From Octopus vulgaris (taxonomy: Eukaryota), in assembly GCA_951406725.2 (NCBI GenBank), contig OX597815.1:35030001-35094000 (forward strand): a stretch of DNA of 64,000 nucleotides. The letters are read 5' to 3'. How positions within the stretch are numbered: position 1 is the first letter of the stretch; every line of letters starts with the position of its first letter. Below are positions 1 to 13,659 of this stretch, piece after piece. Position numbers and translations under genes: made by a program. The notes under the pieces are model-generated. The model saw nothing but the letters and a program-made list of their open reading frames with translations. It did no database searches and had not been told where the DNA came from.

Positions 1-170
1 ATTCATATCTTCATTCTTTCTGCACAGAACACGTAAACAAGTAGCTTTAAATGAAGGCATTGTAATTTCTTTAGAGGGTCATAATAATCCAGGTGAACCG
101 AGCATCTATCGCAAGTTAACCTTGAAGCTCTACGTGAAGATGTAGTATTTGGCTGTAAGAGGATATTTAC

Positions 171-274
171 ATTCTGAAGACTGAATGTGGTGCCGAGGAA
201 CGATAACATCTCTGGTATCTGGAGCAAATCTTTCCCTTCTATTTTAGAGATTCGTCTATCGAGTTCTCGTTTGC
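171..274 (-). CDS. Candidate coding exon, product unknown; 3' boundary uncertain
   Basis: Acceptor ttctattggttctcacag| at 275/274, then an open phase-1 frame (G)KRELDRRISKIEGKDLLQIPEMLSFLGTTFSLQN. Possible weak donor AAT|gtaaat near 171/170, otherwise the frame stays open to a stop near position 3. Confidence 0.35.
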
Positions 275-1227
275 CTGTGAGAACCAATAGAAATTTGTCA
301 GTAATATTGTAAGAAATGTGTGAACACAAATTTCTTGTGTGTACACGCACACGCACATACACACACATACACACATATATACACACACAAACGCATGCAT
401 ATACAGACAGATATACACACATACACATACACGCATACAAACACACACAAACACATGCACATACAGACAGATACAGACACATACATAAACACACAAATAC
501 AAACACATTCAGACGCATGCATGTATGTGCATGTATATGTGCACTCATACACAGAAACATGTGTACGTTTTAGAGAGTGAATATATGTGTGTATGTGTAT
601 GTGCGTTTGCATATGTGTGTGCGCGCATAACTGAGTGAGCGAGATTGAATCATTCAAAGATAGAAGACAAATACACTGATAGTTAGCGGGAGAATGCGAT
701 AGATGGACAGATAAATTGATAAATTGATAAACGGAGAGAAAGAAAGAAAGAACGTGAGAGGAAGAGAGCAAAAGAGAGAGAAGCAGAGAGAGAGAGAGAG
801 AGAGCAAGAGAGATGGGAAAATGTCTATCTCCATTTAATCTCTGCATTACCTAAGTGATTGCGAAGAAAGAAAGGACCAGAAATAAACTGCAATCACATA
901 TTCTTGATGTAAAGTAAAAATTGTCGGATATAATTACGGATATTTATACCGAATCGAATATCGTTTTATCTTATGAGATAATTATCAATATTAATGAAAT
1001 ATGCTTTAAATATCGCATATCTGATATGTAGCCAAATTCCTCAGTCATTTACGTTAGGAACGCTACATAATTAGTTTGGATTTTAATTCTTAATTCTTAA
1101 ATTTCCTTTTATAAATATGTCAATACTGAATGAATGAATAGAAATATTTTGACAACTTAGTGGTTAAGGCTGTAAAGCAAACAGTTAAGTCTTCAGGGCA
1201 GCCGAAATTTCAAGCGGGTCTCACTAC

Positions 1228-1315
1228 CTGATTTCCTTAAAGTTGCAAATATTGGTAAAGTCCTGGACATCACAAACGTCTCATTATCCAAACGTGATAT
1301 ACGGGGCCTTTGTGT
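1228..1315 (-). CDS. Candidate coding exon, product unknown
   Basis: Acceptor ttattttactag| and donor CAG|gtagtg; 88 nt open in phase 0 (TQRPRISRLDNETFVMSRTLPIFATLRKS-G), ending in phase 1, which matches the candidate exon starting at 274. Confidence 0.35.
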
Positions 1316-1574
1316 CTAGTAAAATAATGTTACCAATATTAATAGAGCGCACCAAACAAATGCATTGCATGCTGCAAGAAGTGCCTCAGGAAATGAGACC
1401 ATTACTAGATTTCCATTCCTTGCTACAACCAATTCATTTCTCGCATGCTTTTAATGCTCTTTAGAATGAAGACATGAATAGTGTATAATACGAAATTTCC
1501 AACAAAAACATGTAGAATAAATAATCCTTACTAATTTTGTTACATGACCAGCGATTTTGAGGTAAGTCGTTTAT

Positions 1575-1906
1575 ATTGACCCCAGTGCGTAACTGGTACT
1601 TACTTTATCCACCCCGGAAGGAGAAAAGGCGAAGTCGACCTCGGCGGAAATTGAATTCAGAATAGTATGCCGGAAGAAATGCCGCTGAGTATTTTTATCT
1701 GGTAAAAACCATTCTGCCATCTGGCAGCCTTTGAAGAATAAATAATAAATGCTGACGACACTCAATGTCGATCATCGGTGTTTCATTGGTACTTAATTTT
1801 ATCGACTCAGAAAGGATGAAAGGCAAAGTCGACACCAGCGGAATTTGAACTCTAAAACTCTAAAGCACTTCGCGCAGTGTGTTAAAGATTCTGCCAGCTC
1901 ACCGCC
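1575..1906 (-). mobile_element. Two adjacent degenerate copies of tRNA-derived SINE family A
   Basis: Contain the motifs gaaaggatgaaaggcaaagtcgac..cggaatttgaactc and attctgccagctcaccgcc, the reverse complement of the intact copy at 43444-43676. Confidence 0.7.
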
Positions 1907-1908
<2 letters not shown>

Positions 1909-1965
<57 letters not shown>

Positions 1966-2040
1966 GATGATGATGATGATGATGACGATGATGATGATGA
2001 CGACGACGACGACGACGAGGACGACGATGCTGATGATGAT
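1909..2040. repeat. Compound microsatellite (AAT)n-(GAT/GAC)n
   Basis: Directly visible; source of the poly-N/poly-D pseudo-ORF. Confidence 0.95.
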
Positions 2041-2889
2041 ACAATTCCAAAAAGAATCTATATATTTCAAGTTTTTCTACAAACTTCTATCCATCATTCA
2101 GTTTTCATGGTAACCGTAGAATTTCTATGAGTGCAGTTAGTATCATTTTATTTTACTTTGTAATCATTCCACCCGCAACCACCTCAAAAAATGCTTTAAT
2201 GTTCTATCTTTAGCAGTTTCTGAAATATCGGAGTGGATACACAAATAGGCTGTCATGGTTGGGTATGGTAGAAAGAAAGAGATGAATTTATTTTTACTGC
2301 TTAGTCAAGGAGGAAAGGCAAACACCCACGATCCATTTTTTTTTCAGAGCTTCTGAGATTGGTGCGAGGAAGAGAAGAATTTTTCTTCAAACTTAGAACA
2401 AAATGAAGTACACTAAAGGCACCCAAACCGGGTTAAGAGATTAATTTTACTATCCAAGAACGAAGAATGCAAAGAACCTGAATAAATACCACAAGACATC
2501 CCTAGCTCGAGACTTAAACAATTCCGCCAATTCACCGCTCTGGACTTTTGCTTTGTAAAGAGACGAAAGGAAAAGTTGATCTCGACGGGATCTGAACTCA
2601 GAGCACCTGAACAAATATAACAAGGTATTTTATCTTACACTATAACCGTTTGCTGATAATTTCTAATTTCGTAATCTATCATATGAGTATTTGATAACAT
2701 AAAACATTCACGGGTATATTAGACGCACCCGGGAGTATAATTTCGAATATAGGACCCAAAGTAATCATTTTGAATTTTTTTTGAAAAGGTACATCTGTCA
2801 TCAAATACGATATTTCAATTCTTAAAACAATTAATGAAAAAGGAAAAGAACATTTAATTTTGGGGAAAGAAACAAGGAAAACAACATAC

Positions 2890-3089
2890 TTGTCTTTATG
2901 TCCACACAATTCAAGTCTTTTGGCATATCCATTCGTCCAATTAAAATGAAGCTTGACTGCTTGTCGATATATTTCTTTCCAGCAACGGTATTGTTCATCT
3001 AAATATCTTGGTAAACAAATAAAAGATTCATGATACTTAACTTTCCAGACTTCGTTATTGTTGGCTAAAGAACACCATTGCGACGAAAC
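2890..3089 (-). CDS. Internal exon of an F-box/WD40 repeat protein gene (FBXW-like): end of F-box, linker and start of first WD40 repeat
   Basis: Acceptor ttttattgcag| at 3090/3089 and donor AA|gtatgt at 2890/2889; 200 nt, phase 0 to phase 2. Peptide VSSQWCSLANNNEVWKVKY...WKEIYRQAVKLHFNWTNGYAKRLELCGHKD fits the F-box C-terminal pattern VSxxWxxLAxxxxxWK and the WKxxY...NWxxG...LxGH linker of FBXW proteins. Confidence 0.75.
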
Positions 3090-3180
3090 CTGCAATAAAA
3101 TTTTTAAAAAAACACTGTGATTGTATGCCAGCAAAATATGTAAATACAACACCAAACGCGTCTCTCATCCGTCGGTGTGT

Positions 3181-3445
3181 GATTTTTAACAAGTCCCATA
3201 TTCTTCGAATATTAACCACTCTTTTCTTCCCCCATTTTTGATCTATTTTTGATTTATTTATTTCAAACAATAGCCCCTAAGATTCATTATATTACATGGA
3301 GAAATATGTCGATATGTTATTTTTGACAAGTCCCTTATTCTTTGCATATTAACTGTTCCTTTCTTTTCTATGTTTGATCTATTTTCAGTTGATTTATTTC
3401 ACACAATAGCTCTTGGGAGTCATTGTACTCTATAGGAGAAATAAC
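3181..3445. repeat. Diverged tandem duplication, two units of about 138 bp
   Basis: atttt(t/g)acaagtccc(a/t)tattctt...tttgatctatttt...ttatttca(a/c)acaatagc...ggagaaata occurs twice, starting near 3182 and 3320. Confidence 0.7.
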
Positions 3446-3704
3446 TCATTTTTACCATTTAAGAGGTATGCACCCAAATGGAAACGGAAAAGCTTTATTT
3501 ATTTATGTATTTTTCAAAATATTTTTTTGGAAACGCTGAGATAAATAAAGAACTTAATCTGACGAATGTTCCAGCTGCAAGAACCTTAGTAGTCATGCTG
3601 AAAAATCTATGACCTATATTACTTTACATAGTTATACAATTACAATACATATCTGTATAGAGTGATACACATTTTTATTACCTTATTCAAACCTTATAAA
3701 CTAC

Positions 3705-3797
<93 letters not shown>

Positions 3798-4047
3798 ATT
3801 TCTCTCTCCCTTCCTCTCCCGCTTTTCTCTTTCTTTCTGTCTCTCTCTCTCTGTCTCTCCCCCGTTCTCTCTTTCTCTTTCTCTTTCTCTCTCTCTCGCT
3901 CGCTCGCTCGCTCTCTGCTTATATGTATATGCATATGTATATGTAAATAAATACATATAAGCACATGCACACATACACACACACACTTATGAATGTTTAT
4001 ATCTATACATATCTATATCTATTTATTATTTAGTTATCTTTCTACGT

Positions 4048-4096
<49 letters not shown>

Positions 4097-5276
4097 TACA
4101 CACACACACAAACAAACAAATACATATACTTATAGACTGCTAATGAAACAGCAACAACGATTTGTGTCAACCAAAAGAAAATCAATCCACTACCCTTAGA
4201 AACTCTGCATGTAAGACCAATTCAGTACCACATGACATATGACTTGCAGAGACCTCGATGCCGCGGAGCGTCAGACAGTTTCAACATAATTGGTACTCTT
4301 CTGTTTAGCACAATCTTCCTCTAAGTTATAATTGATGCTACATGATACAGTGAGGGATTTTCTACTTGGTTGTTGGTCCTACTAGAATTAGCCTACAAAT
4401 TACATATGAACATTTTAAAAGCGGAATGACACAACATACAGAATAGTCCTACATACAGAAAACGGACAGTATGGGTACTGCTGGAGCGTTTATATTATAG
4501 GCCTGTCAGTTCAGCACTGAACTGGAGCAACACGACAACAAAGCAGTATCGACAGTATCCTAAACCTAGAGGGAATTTAGCTTCGGCTGATTTTCTTGTT
4601 ACTTGCATAAAATATAATAATACTTCGGATAATTTCGCCAGTCAGTCGCAGGTGAAGTTCCAAATTGAGGTGTTTGTTCTCCTCAATTAAATTGACTAAG
4701 ACAATTCAAAATAAACTCCAAACACGATGAAACACGCGAAACGGATTTCAACACAGGGTGTACGAGCAAGTTTTCGAAGCTCTCATTTTATCAGAGATTC
4801 TTCCTTTTAGTTATATATAATTAGTTTTTTTCAGATAGCATGTACATTATAGTCAGCTATCATACGAGAACATGTATATCTTGGCAATATGTAACTTGTT
4901 TTCGATAATTGTTTTAATGCATATATAGTTGTAAGCAGACGTAGACACCTATTGTCCCCTATAACCCTGACACAGGGGAGGAACCTGGCTTCAATAACCG
5001 AGTAGACTAGAATGACAGAAAATGAAGTGCCTTGCTCTTGTGGTTACTTTTCAAAAGTTCTCGTTTTGGCGCGCTAAAATACCGGAAATAATAGTGCAGT
5101 AGCCTTTGCCGGTTAGAGAACATATTTATTTAAATTTAAATTCAAAATGTGGGTGAAAAACAGGATATTATTTTGATTAACATCAATTTAAAACCAGCGG
5201 TCCAGCATATTAAAATCTGAAGGTTCAGAAAATTGTATTACATACATATGAGAGGGGTGACCACTATGTGATATAA

Positions 5277-5312
<36 letters not shown>

Positions 5313-5319
5313 ATACACA

Positions 5320-6174
5320 CTAGCTGAAAAGTGAAAAGCCAGTCGTTGCCGGGAAATGTTTACAATAGAATGTCTAATATAAATTTCTGTTTATTCCATG
5401 TCAGACCATGTCAGACCAGAGAGATAGGCCTCTTATTCAGGACAGATTTGTGCAATTTTTCGCAGAAAAACTTCGTTGAGAAATTATTTTTTTCGTTTTA
5501 AAATTACTTAATGCCTGTTCGTATATATGCATGTATGTATGTATGCATGTATGTATGTATGTATGTATGTATGTATGTATGTATGTATGTATGTATGCAT
5601 GTATGTGTGTGTCTGTGTGTGAATGTTTCTTTGCGATTGACAGCAGAAAGCCACCTACCACCTCTCTCTTCAAAGGTACGTATTCTTCACACCAACCTTT
5701 CTTTCCTTTCCTCGGCGTTTTAAAAGTTAGTTATATGTATGTGCATGTGTGTGTGTGTGTGTGTGTGTGGTGTATGTGTGTATATGCATGTATCTAAGTA
5801 TTTTCGAAAGTATGTATGCAGCGTCGCGTGTATATCTTTGAATGACAGCTGTATTAACGTTATCACCCCACTGCTACTCCATATTTTTCGCTTACACAAC
5901 GCTGTTCTTCCCTTCCCTGATATCAGCCACACTCACTATGTCACCATATTTCCCTCACACTAACACTCTTTGCACTCTTCTCATTTTAACAAATATTAGC
6001 CCAACCTCCCTAGGGTACCCATTATAGATTTTGATTGAAATCTAATTAGTTTATACTTGAACTGGATGCTAGTTTAACATATATGCAATGTTTCGTCAAG
6101 ATTGGTTCACTGATGTAGGCAGCAATATAGTAACAGACATATGGACAGACAGAAATTGCCATTTATGTATAAGA
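5320..6174 (-). mobile_element. Non-autonomous Helitron-like element (older copy)
   Basis: On minus strand begins A|TC (6174) and ends with a degenerate GC hairpin (cccggcaacgactggc) then CTAG|T (5320). 5' region (tctgtctgtc.. microsatellite, aatcttgacgaaac) parallels the copy at 18743-19242. Confidence 0.55.
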
Positions 6175-7070
6175 TATACATAAAGTACACAAAAGTATAG
6201 AGTAACCTATCAGATTAATATAAAATTGTTTTTATTGTAACTGAACAAAAATACAAATATCAATGCATTCTCACACACATACATACATATTCACACACAC
6301 ACACACACACACAAACATGTAAATTAAGGATCATTAAATGAATCGTTTTAAAAGTGGACCTCGAAGAAGGTAATGCCTTAAACGATAGCATGTAGAATAT
6401 TGTGTTAACAAAAAAAAAATTGGATGAGAAAAATGTCGAATGCTGCCTGTGAAACTAGAACCCGTATCTCTTGCGGACATAGCGGATGTGCAACCATTAT
6501 ACCAAATAAGATTTCGAAATTTTTTTTTTCCATGTTTTTGGAGCTTTGTTCTTTCCAGCGATAATTGTATGTTGTTTACATTCTAAAAATACTTGTTATA
6601 CTTTTTTCTTTTTTTCATCAATTTCTGATAATAGATTTGTGGTTTACACTTCTTTGATGATACACTATATATATATATATATACTAAAAAATGTTTGGTT
6701 ATCTCCAAACAAAAGACCATAACATATTATATTACTATTCATTTAATCAAGACAAGCTTTAAATCTGTAACATGCTACATTGACAATGGCTAAATTGCGA
6801 TACACTTTAAATCTAATGAATTCGTGTTTTAAAAATTAAATTCCACTAATTTCTTTTTTTTACTTATAAATTCGCAATCAATCAAAATAAGTGATAAAAT
6901 GCTAATTAATTTAGTCTTGATAGAACAACAGTTATTGATAATTTACACGCATGCACACACATACGTATGCTTAAATATACTGACACACACACATTCATCT
7001 AAATGTGTATATATACATACACACATATATTCATATAAATAATACAATCATACATATATTCTTACATATC

Positions 7071-7440
7071 AGGCGTAGATTTGGAGTAAGAAGTTAACTT
7101 CCTACACCATGGTTCCAGGTTCAGTCTCACTGCCTGGCACCTTGGCAAGTGTCTTCTACTATCGCTTCGGATCAATCAAAACCTTGTGAGTGGATACGGC
7201 AGACGGAAACTGTAAGGAGTCCGTTGTATATATGCATGTGCGTGTCTTTATGTTTGTTTGTGTTTGTTTTTTTTTTTATGTTCCTGTAATCTAGCAGTTC
7301 GGCAAAAAGAAACCTATATAATAAGTACCAGACTTTAGAAAAATGTGAGTATTGGGGTTGTTTAGTTCGACTAAACACTTCGAGGCGGCATCCCGTCATG
7401 GCCGCTGGCTAATGATTGAGAAAAATTCCCCAAAGAATGT
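7071..7440 (+). mobile_element. Degenerate SINE family C
   Basis: catggttccaggttcagtc..cttggcaagtgtcttctactat..cttgtgagtggat..gacggaaactg..gttcggcaaaa matches the copy at 33626-34033. Confidence 0.75.
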
Positions 7441-8317
7441 ATACACACGCATAAAATACATACATACATACATACATACATACGTACATATACATACATA
7501 CATACATACATACACATACATATATACATACATACATACATACATACATACAGATACATGCATACATACATACATACATACATACATACATACATACATA
7601 CATGTATGTATTGTATGAACATATTTATATACACTCACACACAAGCACCACATATACACCCACAAACATACAGAACCGCCCCCACATCCTCCAATTAACA
7701 TGGAGAGCGAAAATCAGATTAACAAAGAAATTATTCTGCTTGACTTTAACTTGCCGTTACACTCTCATAATTCTCACTAATTTGCTGTTTTGTTTGTTTG
7801 TTTTTGTCTCTAATAATATATATAAGGATAGTTTTTTTTAAATTTCGGTTTTTCTTAATTTCGGAGGAGACAGAGTGTTTTTCAAGCACCAATTTATTGG
7901 ATGCTGCAGTTAAAGAGTTAGAAATATAAATATCACGTTCTGCAATTTGGATTTCCTAGTGATGATTTTCCCAGCTATAAAATTCTTCCACTGCTCTCCC
8001 ACGTCTATTACAAGAGCTTTTCAGAATCTCCGTCTAACCCTTAACACTATGTTCCTATTCGGCTTTTTTTTTTACCCACAATTCCCACTTTATCCTCTCT
8101 CTCTCTTCCTCTTTCTTTTTTTTTTTTTGCTTCACAATGACAACAGAGTGTCATTACCACCATATTTACATGTCCCCTGCTTGTCTGTCTGTTTGTCAAT
8201 GTTTCTATTTATTCCCTTTATTCTTTCTGACTCACTCAGATACATACGTACATACATACATACATACATACATCTTATACGCACTTATGTTTACATGTAT
8301 TCACTTGCACACACACA

Positions 8318-8384
<67 letters not shown>

Positions 8385-9128
8385 CCTATATGTAGTAAAA
8401 TATCTATGCATTTGTGTGTCACGTTTTGTTGTAATTGAATAGCATCTAGCCATTTCAATCTTTGGGAGAAAATCCCTGTCTCGCAATAATTCTCTCCCTG
8501 CCTTCCTGGACACCAGAATGTAAAGAGCCGCAAGAGGAACCCAACGGTTTTATAAAATCACCCCATTAGAACGCTCAGGTTTGGTAATTTTTTAAATTTT
8601 TTATCGACGTCGAAATAATAAAAGGTACAGTTGACTTCAACAGGATTTCAACTCGGAGCGCAGAGATTCAAAACAGCTACCCATATTTAAATAAGACAAT
8701 ACCGTACAATTCATTTTCAATATCAGTGTTGATACCAATATTTGGGATATTCAACTGGTCTACAGGGAAAATTCGCTCTATATACATTAAAATCTGCAAG
8801 ATCCTGACATAAACTGCAAATTTTCATATACAACGACACTCTATCTCAGATGAAATGCGGGGGAAGATGTTTGATATTAGTACAAGCAGCCTTCGAATAC
8901 CGTTTAGCACCTGCTAAACAATAGTAGTAGAAATAAATATATGGACTACGTGCTCAAAAAAGAAATGAATAGTATCCTTCGGATTGGTGTTGAATTCATC
9001 AAGAATCAATTCTTGATAATCTCTCATACAAATCTATAAGAGCAGGGCTCGCATATCTATAAAAATAAAAATAAAAATACCTGGATGAGAAAATCTCTGC
9101 ATACCATAAAAATGCTATGCATGGATAT

Positions 9129-9435
9129 CACCGTGATCACCGTGATCACTGTGACTGACCAGGCTATCAGATGTTGCAACATACCGCTGGTCACAATGCG
9201 CTTCGCATTGTTTTAGCCTTCAAATGGCGCCAGCCCGCTGGCTAAGCGAGCAGGCCAACAGAAGAAAGAGTGGGAGAAAGTTGTGGCGAAAGAGTACAGT
9301 AGGAATCGCCACCACCCCCTACCGGGGCCTCGTGGAGCTTTTAGGTGTTTTCGCTCAATAAACACTCACAACGCCCGGTCTGGAAATCGAAACCGCGAGT
9401 GCGCTGCCCTAACCACTGGGTCATTGCGCCTCCAC
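9129..9435 (-). mobile_element. tRNA-derived SINE family B, tail variant 2, with 12-bp TSD
   Basis: Head (ggaggcgcaatgacccagtggttagggcagcg...ggtttcgatttccagaccgggcgttgtgagtgtttattgagcgaaaacacctaaa) shared with 16697-17088. TSD atgcatggatat at 9117-9128 and 9436-9447; 3' end has short gtgatcac(a/g) repeats. Confidence 0.85.
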
Positions 9436-9599
9436 ATGCATGGATATGTTTCTCGTAAATTTGAAAACGATGACAATATTCACATGAAGTGGAGCAGCTT
9501 TTGGATTTGTAACCAATATATCACCTCACTTCTTGAATTCTACGCTTAGAAATCCAAGAGCAGGTGACAGCTACGAAATATTTCATTCAAAAGGGTAGC

Positions 9600-10335
9600 T
9601 ACAAAGGATTAAGGTACTCTTCTATTGAGTATATAATACATGTTGCCAGCAGCTACCTAGAATATCATCGAGATACTATTCTTACAGTGACATGGTGTTG
9701 ACACCAAAATAATGTACCATACCACCTGCAGAAAAGACTGCCTGATACGAATATAGACAATAAATTTGCTATCAAATACATACATACTTATCAGCAAAAA
9801 ATAATTTTTGTGGAAAATACTAATCAAAATTTCTACGAGGCGCAAACAAAACAGACTTAGCATAGTCATTCAGGATACAAAAAAAAATCCATGTACAGTT
9901 ACAGACTTTAGTAGTTCTGCAGATGTGAACATATCTTCCAATATCAATGAGAAAGAAAAGATCTACAGACAACTTCTTCGAAACCTGCAGCCCTTCTGCC
10001 TTGGTTATGAAGGTACATTTATAACAATAATTATTTGAGTGCTTGGTTACGTTAGTAAATGACCAAGCAACTACCTGCACAAAACTAGGATTTTCACACA
10101 AAGAAACACACCTGCTTACACGAATTTTACAGCAAATTCTGTAAGTGGAACAGTAAAAATATAGAAGAACTTCTTAAAGTTCAATATGTGACAATTCTCG
10201 TTTTTGCTATCCAAATTCTAGTACTGGAGCTTTTATTATTTTTTTTATTTATTTCATTTTTTAAAAAGTAGCTCCTCTTTCTAGAAAAAATACTAACAAA
10301 ATACTAATTTTTTAAAAAAGTGGAAGCATACGTAC
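9600..10335 (+). mobile_element. Decayed 3' portion of an RLE-type non-LTR retrotransposon (R4/Dong-like): endonuclease domain, C-terminus and 3' UTR
   Basis: Translation WKILIKISTRRKQNRLSIVIQDTKKNPCTVTDFSSSADVNISSNINEKEKIYRQLLRNLQ...FITIII*VLGYV resembles the restriction-like endonuclease pattern (NRPDIV..D...C..ID.S.P.D.N...K..EK...Y..L...PIIIGALG). Ends SVSGTVKI*KNFLKFNM*; a (TACA)n array follows from about 10450. Confidence 0.75.
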
Positions 10336-10449
10336 ATAGATGACTACTGTATCGTCTAAATTCTAATGAAAAATCCTTGTTTCTGGGTTAGGAAGAATCT
10401 TTTTTCATTTGTGAGAAATTCGAAAAATAAAAGTACAAGAACGTTCAAT

Positions 10450-10522
10450 CATACATGCATGCATACATACATTAATACATACATGCACACATTCATAATA
10501 CATGCATATATACATACATACA

Positions 10523-10556
<34 letters not shown>

Positions 10557-10713
10557 CATACATACATACATACATACAAATGCTTACGTACGCACATACA
10601 TTCTTACATGCATGTATAAACTTACATACTACACATATATGTGCGCATACTTACATACATACATACACACATACATATGCTTACATACATACATACATGC
10701 ATACATACATACA

Positions 10714-10744
<31 letters not shown>

Positions 10745-10875
10745 GCTTACGTACGCACATACATTCTTACATGCATGTATAAACTTACTACACATATATG
10801 TGCGCATACATACATACATACATACATACATACACACACACTTACATACATACATTCATACATACATACATACAC
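10450..10875. repeat. (TACA)n array with an internal duplication of about 165 bp
   Basis: The block atgcttacgtacgcacatacattcttacatgcatgtataaactta occurs near 10580 and 10743. Confidence 0.85.
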
Positions 10876-11047
10876 AAGCGAAAAAGTGAAGTACAGAAAA
10901 GTAAACATGTTTTATTGCTAGATAACGTTGAAAAGACATTAGTCAGTCTTAGTTAAATATTTAAAGCATAGACTGAAGTGGGGAAAGAGCGAGAGAGAGA
11001 GAGAAAGAAAGAGAAAGAAAGAAAAAAAGGAGACACAAAGAAGAGTT

Positions 11048-11116
<69 letters not shown>

Positions 11117-11817
11117 GATAGAAAGTTTGTCAGGTCGGTATGTTGCTAGGACTATAAATACCTAGATCGCTGGATAGATAGACTAATCAATATATATCTT
11201 TAAATATAGTGGTGCAGAGTAAAATATAAAAAAAAAAACAGGGAAAGAGAATGAGAGTGAAAGGTAGAAGAGAGAGAAAAGAGAGAGCAAGAGAAAGAGA
11301 GAGAGAAGAGAAAGAGAGAGAGAAAGAGAAGAAAGAGAGGGAGAGAGAACACAATTTTAATGAACTGTTTAAAATAGCCGCTAGTGTCAAATAAACGAAT
11401 TGACATGTTAAAACGTTAGCGAACAGAGGAACAAATTTACAAGAACGCTTGTACGTTAAAAATCATAAAGAAAAGCGAGCGAATTATGAAAAACAAAATG
11501 GAGAAAATCAAAAAGCATTCTATAAGAAGGCGTGAAGTAAAAAAGAGAGGGAGTTGGAAATTATGGCAGTGGGGAAAGTGGTGGTGGGAGGAGGTTACTC
11601 ATTGAAGAAATTTTAATTTTAACTCTTACACAATCTGCAAGATAAAAACTAAAAGACCGTGTAATAAAATCGATACAATGTACTGCTAGTTAAAACATGA
11701 AAACAAAACAGATATAACTCGCCAGAGAAAAAGCAAAGAGATTATTATATTTGCACAAAACCGTATGCATGCAAATATATACATTTAAAGAAACGGAAGT
11801 ACAGAAATATACACATG

Positions 11818-11871
<54 letters not shown>

Positions 11872-13618
11872 GATAGTAAATACGTTGCTAAATATATATA
11901 TATATATATATAATATAATATAATATTACATTATATTATATTATATTATATCATATTATATTATATATGTGTGTGTGTGTATGTGTCTGTCTGTGTGAGT
12001 TCGTGTGTGTGTTCGTATGTATAAGCATGCATATATCTACCAGCATATATTATGTACATATATATGCATACATGCATACTTGTACGTATGTATATATATA
12101 TATATATATATATATAGTAGTGTGTGTGTGTATGTGTGTATGTATGTGTATGTGTGTGTCTCTGTTTGTGTGAGTGTGTGTTTGTGTATGTGCTTGTGTG
12201 TTTGCGTGTGCGTGCGCGTGTGCGCATGCGTGTGCGCGTGCGTGTGCGTGCGCGTGTGCGTGTGCGTGTGCGCGTGTGCATGTGTGCGCGTGTGCATGTG
12301 TGCGCGTGTGCATGTGTGCGCGCATGTATGTGTCTGTATACTTCCATATACACACATTCGAGTGTGTCTGTTGCACCACCAGTCAAAAATAATTCCCAAC
12401 AGGTCCACCAAAATATAAATATATCTAACTGCAACTGCACCAACTGAAATTTATATCAATTACGAAGAAAACGCCTTGCTCAGAAATTGATATTTTACCT
12501 TACGTCACACCCTTGCAACATTTCCTGGAATATTCTATCATGTGACTAACCAAACCAGTATAGTAAAAAAAAAAAACCATGCAAACATTGTGCCTTGGAA
12601 TCTTAGGAAAAACTTTTTTTATCCAAACTAAAAAAACTTACTGAACTGATCTTTATAGAGACACTGAACATACAGAACAACACCAGAGTACCATTTTAAA
12701 CATTTGAGAGTGTACTTTTATACAAAAGCTATCAGGAAATATTTCATTTAATGGCATGTACGCGTTTAGTTAAAATTCACTATAAATGTATGTAATTGTC
12801 TTAGAAATAGGGCGAGTAAATATACATGTGAATTATTACACATTCATCTAATTATTTGGGATCCTATTTTGATGTAAAAGCTATCTTCAAATATTTTTCT
12901 GAGTATAAGAATGTTTTAATATAAGTAATGTGTGTAGATATAATTTTACGTAAAGTATACTTTAAAAATAATATGCGTAGATACGTATGTAATTGTTTGT
13001 AGGAAGATATATCACTGTTAGCTTATAAATAATTTACCAATAAAGTCATTTCATTCTTTGTGAATATTTTGATGCAAAAGCTGCCTCGAAATATTTGATT
13101 TAATTAAAAATATTGGTGATTATTTTCTACACAAATATGTACATAATAGCATGTAGTGGAGAAGTGTTCCTCTAAGTATACGTGTGATTTATCTGTATAC
13201 CTACTTAATCGTTCGTTAGCCATATTTTGATTAAAAGCTGTATTAAAATATCTTATTTAATTCTGAATACATATATAGCCGAATGGTTAAGATGTTCACT
13301 TTGAAAATACGAGGTCTCTATTTTGATTCCGCTGCTTGGCATCTCGGGCAACTGCTTTTTTTTTTTTTTTTACTCTTAGCTTCAGATTGATTCAAGCTTT
13401 GAGTGAAATCGGGGGGACAGAAACAGTTGTTTCGGGTTTTTCTTGTAGAATGAGATAATAAGATGCGAGTGCTTGAACGCTGGTGGTTTGGCACTGCTGA
13501 GAGAGAGAGAGAGACATTATAATTCTTAAATGAACCCGTTGACATAAACTCTTTCCCTCACCTTATACACATAAATAGAAATATACTCACACACATAACC
13601 AGAAAGAGAGAGAGAGAT

Positions 13619-13659
<41 letters not shown>

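Noticed and set aside
12715-13260. CRISPR-like repeat/spacer pattern
   Set aside because: Repeats are degenerate, spacers are 130-180 bp and unequal, there are no cas genes, and the context is eukaryotic.
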